Source: Octopus vulgaris (Eukaryota). From it: a DNA stretch of 64,000 nt. Shown here one piece after another: positions 1-23,555 of this stretch. How positions within the stretch are numbered: position 1 is the stretch's first letter; each line of letters starts with the position of its first letter. The position numbers and the translations under genes are program-made. Location: the NCBI GenBank assembly GCA_951406725.2, contig OX597818.1, positions 91,822,001 to 91,886,000 of the forward strand, read 5' to 3'. The notes beneath the pieces were generated by a model. That model was given only the letters and a program-made list of their open reading frames with translations. It was not told where the DNA came from and ran no database searches.

Positions 1-287
1 GAATCGTCAAAGTGATGTAGCAGGTCAAATTGTCAACGCTATTCTAACATATCAGTGATGATAATTTCTGTCGACAAAATTTTCACATAGATTCTCAGAA
101 TTATGTGATTATTCTTTCATACATTTTACGTTTATATTTTTCTTCTAGAGACTGAACGAATTTTGTAAAACTATTCTGTAAAACTATATATACTCTTGTT
201 TGTGTTTTTGGTATGGTTGAAGTTTATGGTTTCATATTCTCAATCCAATTGCTGTTATTGATAACGATTGCTTTGTATTGCAAATCT

Positions 288-10132
<9,845 letters not shown>

Positions 10133-10250
10133 GATTGATTTTGGTCGTTGGTATTTAGATACTGGTTTAAGAATTGGTTATGTTCAAAGCTAATAGCTTA
10201 TCTATGGTTTTGCTTGAAGACTGGACGCTGGTCTCGCTTCAGAGCCGAGC

Positions 10251-10257
10251 TTATATA
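10251..10257 (-). promoter_or_regulatory. Probable TATA box of S-crystallin A
   Basis: CCC-TATATAA-GC on the minus strand in non-repetitive context, about 120 nt upstream of the ATG, followed about 30-35 nt later by an initiator-like CCAGTC. Confidence 0.65.
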
Positions 10258-11483
10258 GGGTGGAATACTCAACAGAAACACATTAACGGCCATAATCACA
10301 CACTATTAGAACCTCCGCCTACACAACGATATACCTTGATACCCTTTCTTATTGTTTGAGCGGCGGCGAAGATGGCAATGGAAATGGTGATGGTGGTAGA
10401 GGGGATAATAATGGTAGCGATAGTGTAGGTGATGATGGGGGTGATGGTCGTGATTGTGAGTGGCTGGTAGTGGCGGCAGTGATGATGGTGGTAATTGTGA
10501 TAGTGGTGGTGGAGATGGAATCAATAGCTCTGGTGTTAGTGGCGATGGTTTCCGGCCATTCTGGTGCAGATAGTGTCTGGTGTTTGTGGCAGCAGTGGTG
10601 GAGATGGTGGTGGTGGCGGCGGTGGTGGTAGTGGTGGTGATGGTGATGGTGGTGGTGGTGGTGAGTGTGGGCGAGTGTGATACCGGGGTGCTACTGAAAG
10701 GATAGCATGTATGTGGGTACGGTGGTGCCCCTCTTACTGATAATCATAGTATAGGTTCTTATACTTGAGATATTAATGATGGATGTTGTGGTAATGATAG
10801 TGTAGTTATTGGAATGCTATATGCGTGAGTGGGAGCGGTTTTGATGGTGGTGGTGGTGGTGATTATGATGATGCTTGATTATATATGTATGTGAGTATAC
10901 GTATCTATTTGTGTGTGCATGTGCGTATGCGATTGTGTGTACGTATGTATGTGCGTACGTATGGCTGTTTCTGCTTGTAGCGTTGATTGTAATGGTGTTG
11001 ATGGTAGTGGTGAGTTCAAATGCTTCACTAGTGATAATAAGGACGGATGACATTATTCTTGTTGTTGGCGGTGGAGGTGGTGGTGGTGATGGTGGTGGTG
11101 GTGGTGGTGGTACTAGTAGTGACAGCAGTGATAGTGCTGCAAGTGTAGTCGTAGTGGAGGAGTTTTTTTTTATTGAAGGTTTTAGAGAAAGTGGGATCCT
11201 TGATTTACAAGAATAATAATTTTCTTTCAGTATCCCTGTTATTTTGAAAGACAGAAAGAAATAAAGACAGACAGAAAGAAAAAGAGAAATAGAGAAAGTG
11301 AGAGTGGGAGAAAGGGGAGGGAGAGAGAAAACGAGAGATAAACACAGACAAATTGTATGTTTCTTCTGAATTACATGGAATTAATCATGCACGCACATAC
11401 ATACATACACACATACATTCTCACACACATACACGCACACACATGTACATGTGTGAATATATATACATATATGTGTGTGTATG

Positions 11484-11534
<51 letters not shown>

Positions 11535-11577
11535 CTGTGTGTATATATACACACACACACATATATATATGTATACA

Positions 11578-11640
<63 letters not shown>

Positions 11641-11657
11641 GTAGATACATGCATACA

Positions 11658-11688
<31 letters not shown>

Positions 11689-11797
11689 CCTAGGATGGAT
11701 ATCTAGGAGTCGCTAATCGTTTCCTGATCCTTAATGGGTATGTTTGTGTGTATACGAGTGAAACAAACAAACACCCACATACATACGTATACGTCTA

Positions 11798-11846
<49 letters not shown>

Positions 11847-11991
11847 CTAAACCACTCTCCATACTCTATTTTCGTTCTTTCTTTTTATCTTCTCTCTCTC
11901 TGTCTCTCTCTCTCTTTCTTTCTCTCACTTTCTCTCATTCTCTCTCTTACTCTCATTCTTTCTGTCTCTGTCTCTCTCTTACTCTCTCTCT

Positions 11992-12031
<40 letters not shown>

Positions 12032-13065
12032 CCACGTCTCTCTTCCTCACTGTAGTCTGATCTGCTATTTCAGTTCACGAAACAAACCAGTAATTAACTG
12101 CGATAAAGCCACAACTTAACATTAATACCTACGCTCAATAATGAGTTGCATTCACAGGAAACACACTACAAACTCTCTCCCTTATTACTAATCTGTGAAT
12201 ACACCAGGGACATTCTAATAATCCCCCTCCAACACCATCAATTATTCTAATCTTTTTATTATTCATCAGCCATTTTCTTTCCTCTTTCATTTCTTCATTT
12301 TCTTCTCTATTTCTTTTATTTGTTTGTCATCCGATTTCGGCCATATTGGTGTACCACCTTGAAGTGTTTTAGTCGAGCGAATATGCCGTAGTGCTGGAAA
12401 TTTTTCAAGTCAAGTACATATTTTATCGTCTGGTCATCACCGAACCGCTAAATTTGAGGGACGTAAACAAACTGACACCTGTTTTCAATTAGTTGGAAGA
12501 CAAACACCAACACACAATTATTATCTACCAAATCTACTCACAAAGCATTGACCAGAAGACAAATGCCCACGTTGAGGTGCAGTCGGATTGAAAGAGATAC
12601 CGCGTGATAGCTTATCAAAGTCCTTAAACACACAGCCATACCTACACCTTCTTGTATTTTCCCTGATTCTTTCTTGTTTCTCCTTCTTTATTTCTTCATG
12701 CCATTTTCTCTTTTATTCTATCACGTTATCTTATTTTCATTAATTAGTTTTTAATATTCGCTTGTATTTCTTTATTTTAGCGTTTTTGGTTATTTTTTCC
12801 CGTCTCAGCAATAGCTCAAGAACTTATCCTCACATCATATATATTGTGCATAGATATATCATGTATCTATCTATATATATATATATACATATAGGTATGC
12901 ATATACATGGATACATAGATATAAACATATAAACATATATATATATGTACATATATATATACGTATATGCATATATATATATATGAATATGGATATATAT
13001 ATATATAGTGAGAGAGAGAGGGAGAGAGAGATATGCATATACATATATGCATATATACATACATA

Positions 13066-14180
13066 TTTTGTTACCCTAAGAGGCCATAAGGGTAATTTTA
13101 ATAGAAACCCTAAATGTAGATATGTTAATCCGGCTACAACTGAAATATGTATTATTAGCAAATATATTTTAGATCGTATTTTAACTAATTTAGATAGTGA
13201 ATTAAATTTGCGGATTTCGAAAAATAGCAAGTCAGTAATAGATTAGTTTGAAGCGATTAGCCATAACTACAAATTGACGCAGTTTGATATTGTTTTCTTT
13301 TACCTGTCAATATCCTAGCCTTTGCTCCTAAAAGCATTAGACTTCGCCAAGCAGTATGCCAGCATCGATAAGTCGGAAATAGATATTACCATACATGCGA
13401 GGAAATCACTTCTTTTTTACAAGAGTTCTACCTGTGTCAAAAAGAGTGAGGATTCTCTTTTCGATGTACCGATTGGAGCATGCGGCAGGGCTGAGTTATG
13501 TGTGCTCATGGGAGCTTATATTTTGTACAATCTAAAGACGCAGGATTATATAGGGATGACGGTCTTATAGTTACCCATATTTTAAATGGCCATGAATTAA
13601 ATAATATTAGGAAGGATCTATTTGCCTTCTTCCAAAGGATGGGCTTACGGATTACGATAGACACTAACCTTAAAAGTGTAGATTTCTTAGATATAACTTT
13701 AGATTTACAGTCAGATAAATTTAAACCTTACCGTAAGCCTAATGGTAAGCTATCTTTTATTAGCAAAGGGTCCAAACATCCGCCAGTTATTCTTAGGAAC
13801 ATATTCAGCAATGTCGGTAAACGAATAACGTCAATTTCGTTGGATGAGACAGCATTTCAAAATGCTGCACCTTATTACAATAGCGCATTAAGAAATAGTG
13901 GATTCTCTGAGATGATCCAGTATAACGAACCAACTTATTGCTAGCAGTAATGCAACAATACAACTAGCAATAGGAGGGTTTTGTGGTTCAACTCAGCTTT
14001 AAATATGGCCGTAAAAACAATTATAGGTAGGGAATTCTTAAAATTAGTCTCTAGACATTTTCAACCTAACCATAAGTTTTACAGAATATTTAATAGAAGA
14101 ACGCTTCAGATCAGCTATTCTTGTTGCAAAAACTTCGCCTCTTTCATTAACCAACACAGCAATAAGATAATTGCAAATAA
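13066..14180 (+). mobile_element. Degenerate Penelope-like element reverse transcriptase fragment
   Basis: Frameshifted pieces [45 protein letters not shown] (RT YxDD), VDFLDITLDL..KPYRKPN..HPPVILRNI, WFN..IFNRRTLQISYSC; several stops. Confidence 0.85.
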
Positions 14181-14730
14181 CCACATGCCGATTCAATTTC
14201 AAAGATGGATCCTTCTGTCCGTGGAGGTTTGTATCCCACTTTAAGCTACCACTGCATTTGCAACTTTTCATTCACCCCACAAGACCCCTTTGAATGAACA
14301 GCACATGGAGTCTACGTCTCCAGACTTTCAATTTGTGATGACAAAATATCAACTCCTATTGGAATTTACACACCACAGACAAGAAGCATTTCTACGACTT
14401 CTACACATCGTTTACTTTGGATAATGGAACTACAACTATAAATTATTTATATCATTTTATTTTTATTTCTAAATTCATTCTCCCATTTAAGTTAAGTTAA
14501 GTTGAGTTATTTTTTTGGCTCAAAAAGCAAAAAGCAAGGCCATGTAGGGGGACATAGAGTTATGTACAGGGTGGTGTTCATGCAAAGAGTTCAGGCCATT
14601 TGTGGTCAAGGGAGACTTTGAACAGAGCGGTCGTCAGCATCTTCACTATATACCCCTTATTTGTTTCCTTTTCCAAAATAATTCCATATATCGAATTCTA
14701 ATATTTGCCTCTGCTTAACCATCTCACATC

Positions 14731-14778
14731 GCCTCTGATGAAGGGATATCTCTAATATCCCAGAAACAGCCGTAAGAC
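14731..14778 (+). ncRNA. Minimal type I hammerhead-like motif (PLE pseudo-LTR type), degenerate
   Basis: gcct-CTGATGA-a-GGGATAT-ctcta-ATATCCC-a-GAAAC-agcc-GTA-agac. Confidence 0.7.
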
Positions 14779-14848
14779 TAACTTTCTCTTTATAAATGTC
14801 CTGAAAATACAACACACCCTTGGCTTTGCTGTCTCATTTTACTCATTT

Positions 14849-14893
<45 letters not shown>

Positions 14894-15056
14894 AAAGGAA
14901 ACGGAAGATGGATTTGTTTCGAATCTTTAACACGACTGTCGTTTCGACACATCCTGTATCTGTTCCATTGGATAATGTGCATCTGGTAGGGCTGCCTCAA
15001 TCAGTGCAGGCTGTGGCAATTCAGGTGCTTGGTTTACAAGAATATCCCACTAGATA

Positions 15057-16348
15057 CGAGGGACGTTCAGTAAGTAATGCCCCTGACCCATTTGTGGTTG
15101 TTTGATCTTGCTGAAATTTTGCATGTGCAATTATTTATATCTCTATAGATTACGTGGCAAATTACAGCTCTAAACTTATTGTGGTTTCTGATTCCCAGGT
15201 GTTTGAACTGAGTCAAGTGCGAAATGGAGCCTGTTGAGTGTCGAGCAGTGATCCGGGTTTTGTATTTTAAAGGACGCACACCACGGGAGACTTTTGATGA
15301 AATGAAAGTAACTTATGGTAATGATGCCCCATCATATGACCTTGTAAAACGCTGGCATCTTGAATTCAAACATGGTCGGAACTCTGTGGAAACAGCCCCC
15401 AAATCTGGTCACCCTCCTTCTGCCATTGATAAGGCATCTGTCCGTCCAGTTGAGGCTGCCACTTTGGAAGATCGACGCATAACTATTCGCCAAATAGCCC
15501 ATGAGGTCAAGATTAGTACCGGGTCTGTGGAAACTATCATTCATGACCATTTGCATATGCAAAAGGTGTCTGCCAGATGGATTCCCATGTTGCTCACACC
15601 TTTCGAGAAGCAAGAACGCGTCGAGTGCTCGAGAATAAATTTGGAGGTGTGCCATGAAGATGAGTCAAAATTTTTCAAAAGACTGATTACACAGGATGAA
15701 ACCTGGGTCCATCACCATGATCCAGAGACCAAAGCCCAGTCAATGCAGTGGAAACACCGTGACTCACCTCCTCCAAAGAAGGCAAGGGTGAAGCCCTCCG
15801 CTGGCAAGGTCATGCTCACAGTCTTCTGGGACCAGGACGGAGTAGTGATGACAGATTTCCTGGCAAAGGGTACCACAATTACAGGAGCCTATTATGCTTC
15901 ACTTTTGAGGAAATTAAGAGAAGCTATCAAAATCAAGAGGCGGAGCAAGATCAGCAAAGGCATCCTCCTCCTGCAGAACAACGCTCCGGTCCACAACTCG
16001 CGTGTCGCCAGATCAGAAGCACAGGTGTGCGGCTATGAACACCTCCCCCAACCCCCTTCTCTCCTGACCTTGCACCCTCGGATTTTCACCTCTTCCCACC
16101 CATGAAGTTGTTTTTGAAAGGAAAGCGTTTCCCAGATGATGCAGCCTTGATTTCTGAAGTCAGGTCGTGGTTGGAGGACCAAGCTGGGGTCTTCTACAAA
16201 AACGGTCTCTAGAGCTGCATCAAACGATGGGAGAAATGCGTAACTCTGGGTGGTTCCTATGTAAAAGTAGACTAATAACTGTGCCAAGTGTCATTGCTCT
16301 ACTACTATGGGAAGTGGGTCAGGGGCATTACTTATTGAATGTCCCTCG
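15057..16348 (+). mobile_element. Mariner (Tc1/mariner DD34D) transposon copy 1, near full length, defective
   Basis: TA target duplications (15055-56, 16349-50); TIRs CGAGGGACGTTCAGTAAGTAATGCCCCTGACCCA / TGGGTCAGGGGCATTACTTATTGAATGTCCCTCG; transposase from 15224 with ARWIP, ITQDETWVH, QNNAPVH and, after a frameshift, SPDLAPSDFHLF; premature TAG near 16210. Confidence 0.95.
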
Positions 16349-16619
16349 TATACTGAAATCTCCTTGGTGTGTTGCTCTGGCTACTTATACGTTGGTACAC
16401 TGACAGACCGTTGCTACTGGAGGTGGCAATAGTTGACGGTGAATATATCAATTCCATCTTTCTTTTTGCTTTATCAACTATAAATTCGACTAACACCGCG
16501 GATTTCCTGAGGTAGATCCATTTAAAATCATATCGTTAGTGTGGATGACATCAGATAGCCCAAACGATGGATGTGCATTAATCGACATGCTTATAGGCAT
16601 ACACCTTAAGCCCAAATAG

Positions 16620-16665
<46 letters not shown>

Positions 16666-16763
16666 ACACACACACACACATACACACACACACATTCAAG
16701 TTTCCAGTGGCTGAGAATAAGCATTGCGCTTTGTAACTAGGATTTAAATCAAGATGTGGAGAT

Positions 16764-16809
<46 letters not shown>

Positions 16810-17199
16810 GAATTAAAAATTTAAAACAGGATAAAATCTTTATAATAATTTATCAAGTAGTCAGCGTGAAAAACCTCATAAGGGAAACATTTTTAATTAT
16901 TCTCTTTAAATATATTTATTTATATTCAGGGCATCACTCTACATAAATGACTCACCCCATGAGGAACTCTTAAAATCAAAACTACCGTAATAATACACTA
17001 TATTTATTATGGTAGTTTTGACATTAAGAGTTTCTCATAGCGTGAGGCCTTTGTGTATAGTAATGCCCTTAATAGAAATATATATGCGTGTGTGTGTGTG
17101 TGTATACATATGATATATATATATATATACATACGATGATGATGATGATGATGATATATTGAGAAAAAAGAAAATGAGGGGATACAAAAATGACATACA

Positions 17200-17765
17200 T
17201 CAGCCGGAAGACATTCTATTAAGTCTATTCCAAAACAAAAGTGAGTATTATAAGAATACGTACACATGGAAAGACTGTGTGCTACACAAATATATACTGG
17301 TAATGCATAAAATAGTAAAGGATGTATTAAAAGATCAGTACCTAACGACCGTTTCTGCCAAGAGTCCGCGAAATCCTCCATGCTAGCTCCATCTCCTCAG
17401 TGTTCTGTAGGGATGGATAGATAGAGTTTGGATGCTGAGTGTGCCTTTAGGCTTCATCAGAGGGTCTAAGTGGTTAGGAGAGCCGATACATACAAGAGTC
17501 AGTTGCTAAAAGGTACGGTATATTTTTCTTGAAGAGGGCATAAGGAGAATAGGAGCATAAGGATAATAATAATTATACTAACACTACTAACAATACTACG
17601 AATATTGTTGATATGATACGAAAAAGGAGGAGCGCTAGTGCCAGTGGGGATTAAATAATAAGTGCTAGTGGTATTTAGAAAAAGTATGCTTAACTTTATG
17701 CAGGTAGGGCCGTTTCTCACTTTAAGTGAATTAACAAGCGAAAGGTTGGCTTTAATCATGATTCC
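17200..17765 (-). mobile_element. Probable PLE 3' end / pseudo-LTR remnant carrying a hammerhead-like motif
   Basis: ORF-end-like IMIKANLSLVNS, then noncoding sequence with CCT-CTGATGA...GAAAC-GGTC-GTT-AGG at 17463-17341. Confidence 0.5.
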
Positions 17766-17860
17766 AGTCTTCCACTGGAACTTAATTTATCGACCCCGAA
17801 AGGATGAAATACCATTAAGCATTTCACCTGGCTGCTAACGATTCTACCAGCTTGCCGCCA

Positions 17861-17914
<54 letters not shown>

Positions 17915-18034
17915 AGTATAGGTGTAGGTGGTTTCCGTTTAAGACCCCCGCGTGGCTTCTTGTGTGTCTTCTACTCTAGCCTCGGGCCAACTGAAGCGTA
18001 TTTGGTAAACTGAAACAGAAAAGGCCATTCGTGT

Positions 18035-18096
<62 letters not shown>

Positions 18097-18360
18097 CTGT
18101 GTGTTTGTGTATGTGTGTGTTTGTGTTTATCTTCATGTCCCCGGTTGACAACAGCTGTTGGTGTGTTTACTTGCGGTGGTGAGTTTAATTTAGTGGTTCG
18201 CTAAAAAAATACAGATAGAATAAGTACTGTGCTTTAAAAAATAACTCCTGAGGTCAATTCATTTGACTAAAACCCTGCGTTGTGGTGTTCCAGTATAGCT
18301 GCAGTCAAATGATTGAAACAAATAAAAGTATAAAAGAACATACATATATATATATATATA

Positions 18361-18466
18361 TATATATGAAAAAACAAGTCAAAATAGAAAAGTGATAAAG
18401 TTAAGAGGTAGAAGGTGGAGAAGAAGAAGAAGAAGAAGAAGAAGAAGAAGAAGAAGATGACGATGT

Positions 18467-18503
<37 letters not shown>

Positions 18504-19500
18504 GAAGAAGAAGAAGAAGAAGAAGAAGAAGAAGAAGAAGAAGAAGGGGGAGAAGGAGAAGAAGAAGAAGATGATGATGATGGTGATGATGATGACGACG
18601 ATGATGATGATAATGATGATGATGAAGAAAAAGAGGAAGAAGAAGAAAAAAGAGAAGGGAGAATATGAATGGGTGAAAGTAGTTAGGTGTTGTATGACTT
18701 GAAGTTGGCACGTTATGGATTAAAGCTGTGATTGGGGCTGATTTGTAATGGATTCTTTGGAATGTAATATTTGTGTGTGTATTTCTTTTATTCTAAAGTT
18801 GAGGTATATTAATCGTTTGTCGTAGACCCGTTAAGAAGTGGCCTGTATTTTGTAATAAAGAGAGTTTCTTTACTTATTCGTTGTCTCGAGGTTGTATCGT
18901 CCCTAAATTGGTAGAGGGGAAAAAATTCTGAAGCCTGGTGTTTTGTTGTTGGCGCAAGTATCTATGTGCTGGCTGCATCATCATCAACATCGTCATCTTC
19001 TTCTTCTTCTTCTTCTTCTTCTTCTTCTTCTTCTTCTTCTTCTTCTTCTTCTTCTTCTTCTCCACCTTCTACCTCTTAACTTTATCACTAATGCTTTTTA
19101 GTATAACACCTACGCAAATTCTATAAACAAACCTTTCAATAGAAATATTCTCCTGAATTGAACTGCAACTGCTAGCCGTCACTGACCATTCAAAATACGA
19201 CCATCAAGGCACCCCCAAATTTTTCCACCCCCTCTCCTCATCAACCTTCTTCTTCTTCTACCCTACCAAGAATTCACAAGTGCAAACAAGGGAGACAGGG
19301 AAAGGCAGAATGCCACTTATATTTGAACACTATACAAATATTCCTTTAAAAGTACTTTTCTTTTAATTTTTCTAAATTCAATTATTAAATCGTTTCAGTT
19401 GAAAGGTCTCAAAATGACCGAAACCGGCACTGAAATGTTCTTTACAAAATTATTTTAGCATTTTCTATTTTGACTTGTTTTTTCATATATATCAACTCGT
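18361..19500. mobile_element. PLE remnant with inverted partial terminal repeat
   Basis: Minus-strand GIY-YIG C-terminus-like HIDTCANNKTPGFRIF/PLYQFRDDTTSRQRISKETLFITKYRPLLN (about 18969-18828); 18361-18480 is an inverted copy of 18977-19089 plus 19460-19490; hammerhead-like motif at 19393-19435. Confidence 0.7.
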
Positions 19501-19514
19501 GTGTTCCTTTTCAC

Positions 19515-19612
<98 letters not shown>

Positions 19613-19893
19613 GGACAACTGGTGAAGGGGAATATTCTTTGTGTTGCATGTCTCGTATCTCTGTTTTTTCCGTTGTTCGAAAGAAAGTTCGTTTTCTATG
19701 TTTTTGTATTTATGTTTTCGTTTCTCATTCTGTTCCACATTTTTTTATGTCCTGCACCCATATAGACATGCATATATACATATATATGTTATTATGTACA
19801 TATATGCATGTATATATGCATATATTTATGTATAACTTATATTATAATATCATCGAACACCACGCATACTTTTCCAAGTAAGTCTTACATATA

Positions 19894-19929
<36 letters not shown>

Positions 19930-21929
19930 TGCGCGCAATATGCACATATAGAGATGCATGCATACGCGCAAACACTCAGGCATACGCACACACACACACA
20001 TGTACACACACACTCACACACACACTCACATATATACATACATATAAATACACATATCCATTTGCTTTGCTACCTTTTTTGTTAATTATTGTTTGCTACT
20101 TCTCTCTGTCTGCCTCCCACACTCTGTCCCAATCTCTCTCCTTCTCACTCTCTCTCTCTCTCTTTCTCTCAATCTCTCTTTCTTTTCTACGCTCTCTCCC
20201 CACTTACGCTCCCTAACACCCTCTCTCTCTCTCTCTCTCTCACTCTCTGTATCCTTATTGGTATAGTTTCTTAGTCTCTTGTCTTTCCTGGCTCACCTAT
20301 TCAATACACCTAATGATTTGTTCTCAGTGACTTTGTTAACAAGCCGTCACGTCATACTTGATGGTTAACGATTCCTCTTTTAGTGTTAATTAGTACTCCA
20401 CTATAGATTATCATTATTATAATGTCACCGCTACGTTGCACACAAGTTTGGATAACAAAAAAAAGGTAAAAAGCAAATTCCCTGGTTATTCAGTTTTGTT
20501 AGCATTAATTCACTAACTAATCTAACGGTTTCGTTTACTGTAATATTCATCAACGATAACTAAATTGTTTCTTTGTACGAAAGGCAAAACATCTGAAATT
20601 TTGATGAGGGTAGCAAGTCAATTATATCGACCCCGATGCTCAACTGGTACTCTATTTTGACGACCCTGAAAGGTTAAAAATGTGAAAATCAAATTCGACC
20701 TCAGCGGCATTTGAACTCAGAACGTAAAGAGCATGTAGAAATGCTGGTAAACATTTTGATCGGTACTTTCCCGATTCTGCTAGCTCGCCGACTATCATTT
20801 ACTAAATGATGGATTTCAAGTTTTGGCAAAAAGCTAGCAATTTAGGTGGAGTGATAATTCGGTTACATCGCGCCTAGTGCTCAGCTGGTACTTATTTTAT
20901 CATTACTGATAACATGAAAGGCAAATCGACCTTGGATGGATTTGATCTCAGAATTGAAAGACGGACGAAATGACACTAAGCACATTGCCCGGAGTGCTCA
21001 CCGTTCTGATACCACGTCGCTTTTCGTTTACAATGAAGAACTATGTAGTTATGGCTTAGTAAGGTGTCAGGAAGATGGAATCGTTACCGCGTCGAAAAAG
21101 TGTTTAGTGTCACATTTCGCAGCTCTAAACATTTTGAGTTTAAAACACGGTACAGCTAACGTTGCCTTTCGTCCTTTCGGGGTCGATAAAATTAGTGCTC
21201 GTCAAGTAGGTGGGACGATGTAACCGATTTGCTACCCATCAAAACATCTGAAGCCTTATTCCTATTGTAAAAATTACACATATAACACACACAGTTTGTC
21301 GTGTCATTAATCTAGCATAGGTTCATTACCCATTACAACGATTTTTGGTAGTTCTGATACGATTCGCTTTCCTGCTGTTTGACCATAGTATTTAACACGG
21401 CCATTTCGTATTATTCAAAATCTAAGCTGATCACACATATCACATTTTGAAACAACTATTTCAAGGTGACGCAGTTAGCTACGATTGACATATTGGTATG
21501 CAATATGATTTTCCCCCTTACTATATCTATTCTATTGGACTGAGCAGTTTGATCAGTCTGAATACTAAAATCCCAAATAATAGAGATTTCTGAATTTTCT
21601 TCTAATTTTCTCAGGCTTATTTTCCTAACTGTTCTCATATGTGTGATGATATATTACCTACTGTAAATAAAAAGTATATCACAGAGATTAGTATTCTTAT
21701 TTGAGGTCAATATATGATTGTGTGTGACTGTGTATTTAATTTACTTTCGTCTTAAATTGATATCGTGTGACTATTGTATACGACAGTCACACTCATATAT
21801 TCGGTGCCATACATTTCTAATCTTCCGTGAAAAAATATCTGGGCAGGGGAAAATATTACCTTACTACGAAAGAGGTGGGTGTTGGCGACGGAAAAGCATC
21901 CACCCATTGAGTTTTCCTATGTGTATATA

Positions 21930-22610
21930 TGTATGTATGCATGTCATTAAGTTTTATTTCAAGATTTCTTGCCAATACAGAAAGAGTCGGTTTCTACCCT
22001 AAATCGAAGGCTCCTTCACTGGAATTTGAGCATCAACAACAGAGTATGTAAGTATGTATGTATGTATGTATGTATGTATGTATGTATGTATGTATGTATG
22101 TATGTATGTACATATTTATACGTGCAGATTTGTATGTTTTGGTTTATGTATTTTCATGAATATAATTGCATATCTAGGCATGCTCATATATGATAAAAAT
22201 GATAAACTTCTGGAGAGTTTGACAGTGATGCCTTGGGTATGTAGTCTTCACATCAGCTTTCTCCTTCCTGGATTTGAGAAGCCTAATTTCTCAAGATTAG
22301 AATTTAGACAGTGTATTACATATCCCGGTGATCCAATAATTACAGGTATAAACCTGAACTTGTAATCTGGACAGAGTACTGCAGGTTTCTCAATAGTTCA
22401 GTCTAGGTATTCTCTTTTTCACTGATCTTCAGCTTTATGTCAACATCTGCTGGGCAGCTGATTTCCACAAATGGGCAGTTTCTCTTCTCCATTCCATTCA
22501 TTATATTACTATATCCTAAATCATATCTTTTGTGTTTACTTATTAAGATTTTCACTGGGACATTCCACGGTATTGTGGGTTCTTATTTCTTTGTGCCATA
22601 TATGTATGTC
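21930..22610 (-). mobile_element. 3' end of RLE-type non-LTR retrotransposon, (CATA)n-flanked family, copy 1
   Basis: Minus strand VEISCPADVDI...[19 protein letters not shown]; 3' region with internal (TACA)n matches 43545-44170. Confidence 0.7.
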
Positions 22611-22904
22611 ATTACGTAAGCATGTATGTACGTGTGTATGTATGTAGATATGTATATATGTGTGTATGTATGTATGTAAGTATGTATGCGTGTATATATG
22701 TATGCATAAGCGCAGGCATGGCCGTATGGCTAGATGATTGCTTCCCAATGGTTAGATGATTGATTGAATGACTGATAGCTAGCCAGCTAGCTAGATAGAT
22801 AGATAGAGAGATAGATAGATAGATAGATAGAGAGATAGACAGACAGACAGACAGACAGACAGGCAGGCAGGCAGGCAGGCAGTCAGACAGACAGACAGAC
22901 AGAC

Positions 22905-22990
<86 letters not shown>

Positions 22991-23469
22991 ATTTATGTCT
23001 GTGTGTTTTGTGTTTTGTGTTTGCCGCCAGCCCTAAATACACACCGCTTGACAACCGATGCTGGTTAATTTACGTGCACAGTTCGACAAAGTAGGCGACA
23101 GAATATGTACCAGGCTTAAAATTAATTACTAAAATTCCCTTCAATGTCATGCTATAGCAAGGTTGAAATCCAATGACTGGAAAAGGCAAAAAGTAAAATA
23201 GATATGTGTGAGTGTGTGTGTGTGCTTGTGTGTGTTTGTGTGCATATGTATATATGTGCAAAAATATATTTACTCATATATACACACTAACAATCATACA
23301 AACATACGGATATAAGTTGTGTACAAAGGAAGAGAAGACACTCCATATATAATGTAGACCTTATATGTAAACTATTCTTGATTCTCTTTGTGCTTTATAA
23401 TGTAACACACTCAACGGTAAAATTTCCACTTATTACTTATTTTTATTATTTCCAGTTATTTCTTATTTT

Positions 23470-23555
<86 letters not shown>

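Noticed and set aside
10360-11160. G-rich (GGT/GAT) tract upstream of gene A as a Gly-rich exon or G-quadruplex regulator
   Set aside because: Degenerate trinucleotide repeat common in this genome; mostly GG doublets; no splice or coding support.
14930-14995. Further hammerhead-like string on the minus strand (GCACA...TGTGTC-GAAAC-GACA-GTC)
   Set aside because: No recognisable CUGANGA core; too decayed to call.
15224-16105. 293-aa ORF as a domesticated SETMAR-like gene
   Set aside because: Lies between intact TIRs and TA duplications, has a frameshift, a stop and no SET domain; an ordinary defective mariner.
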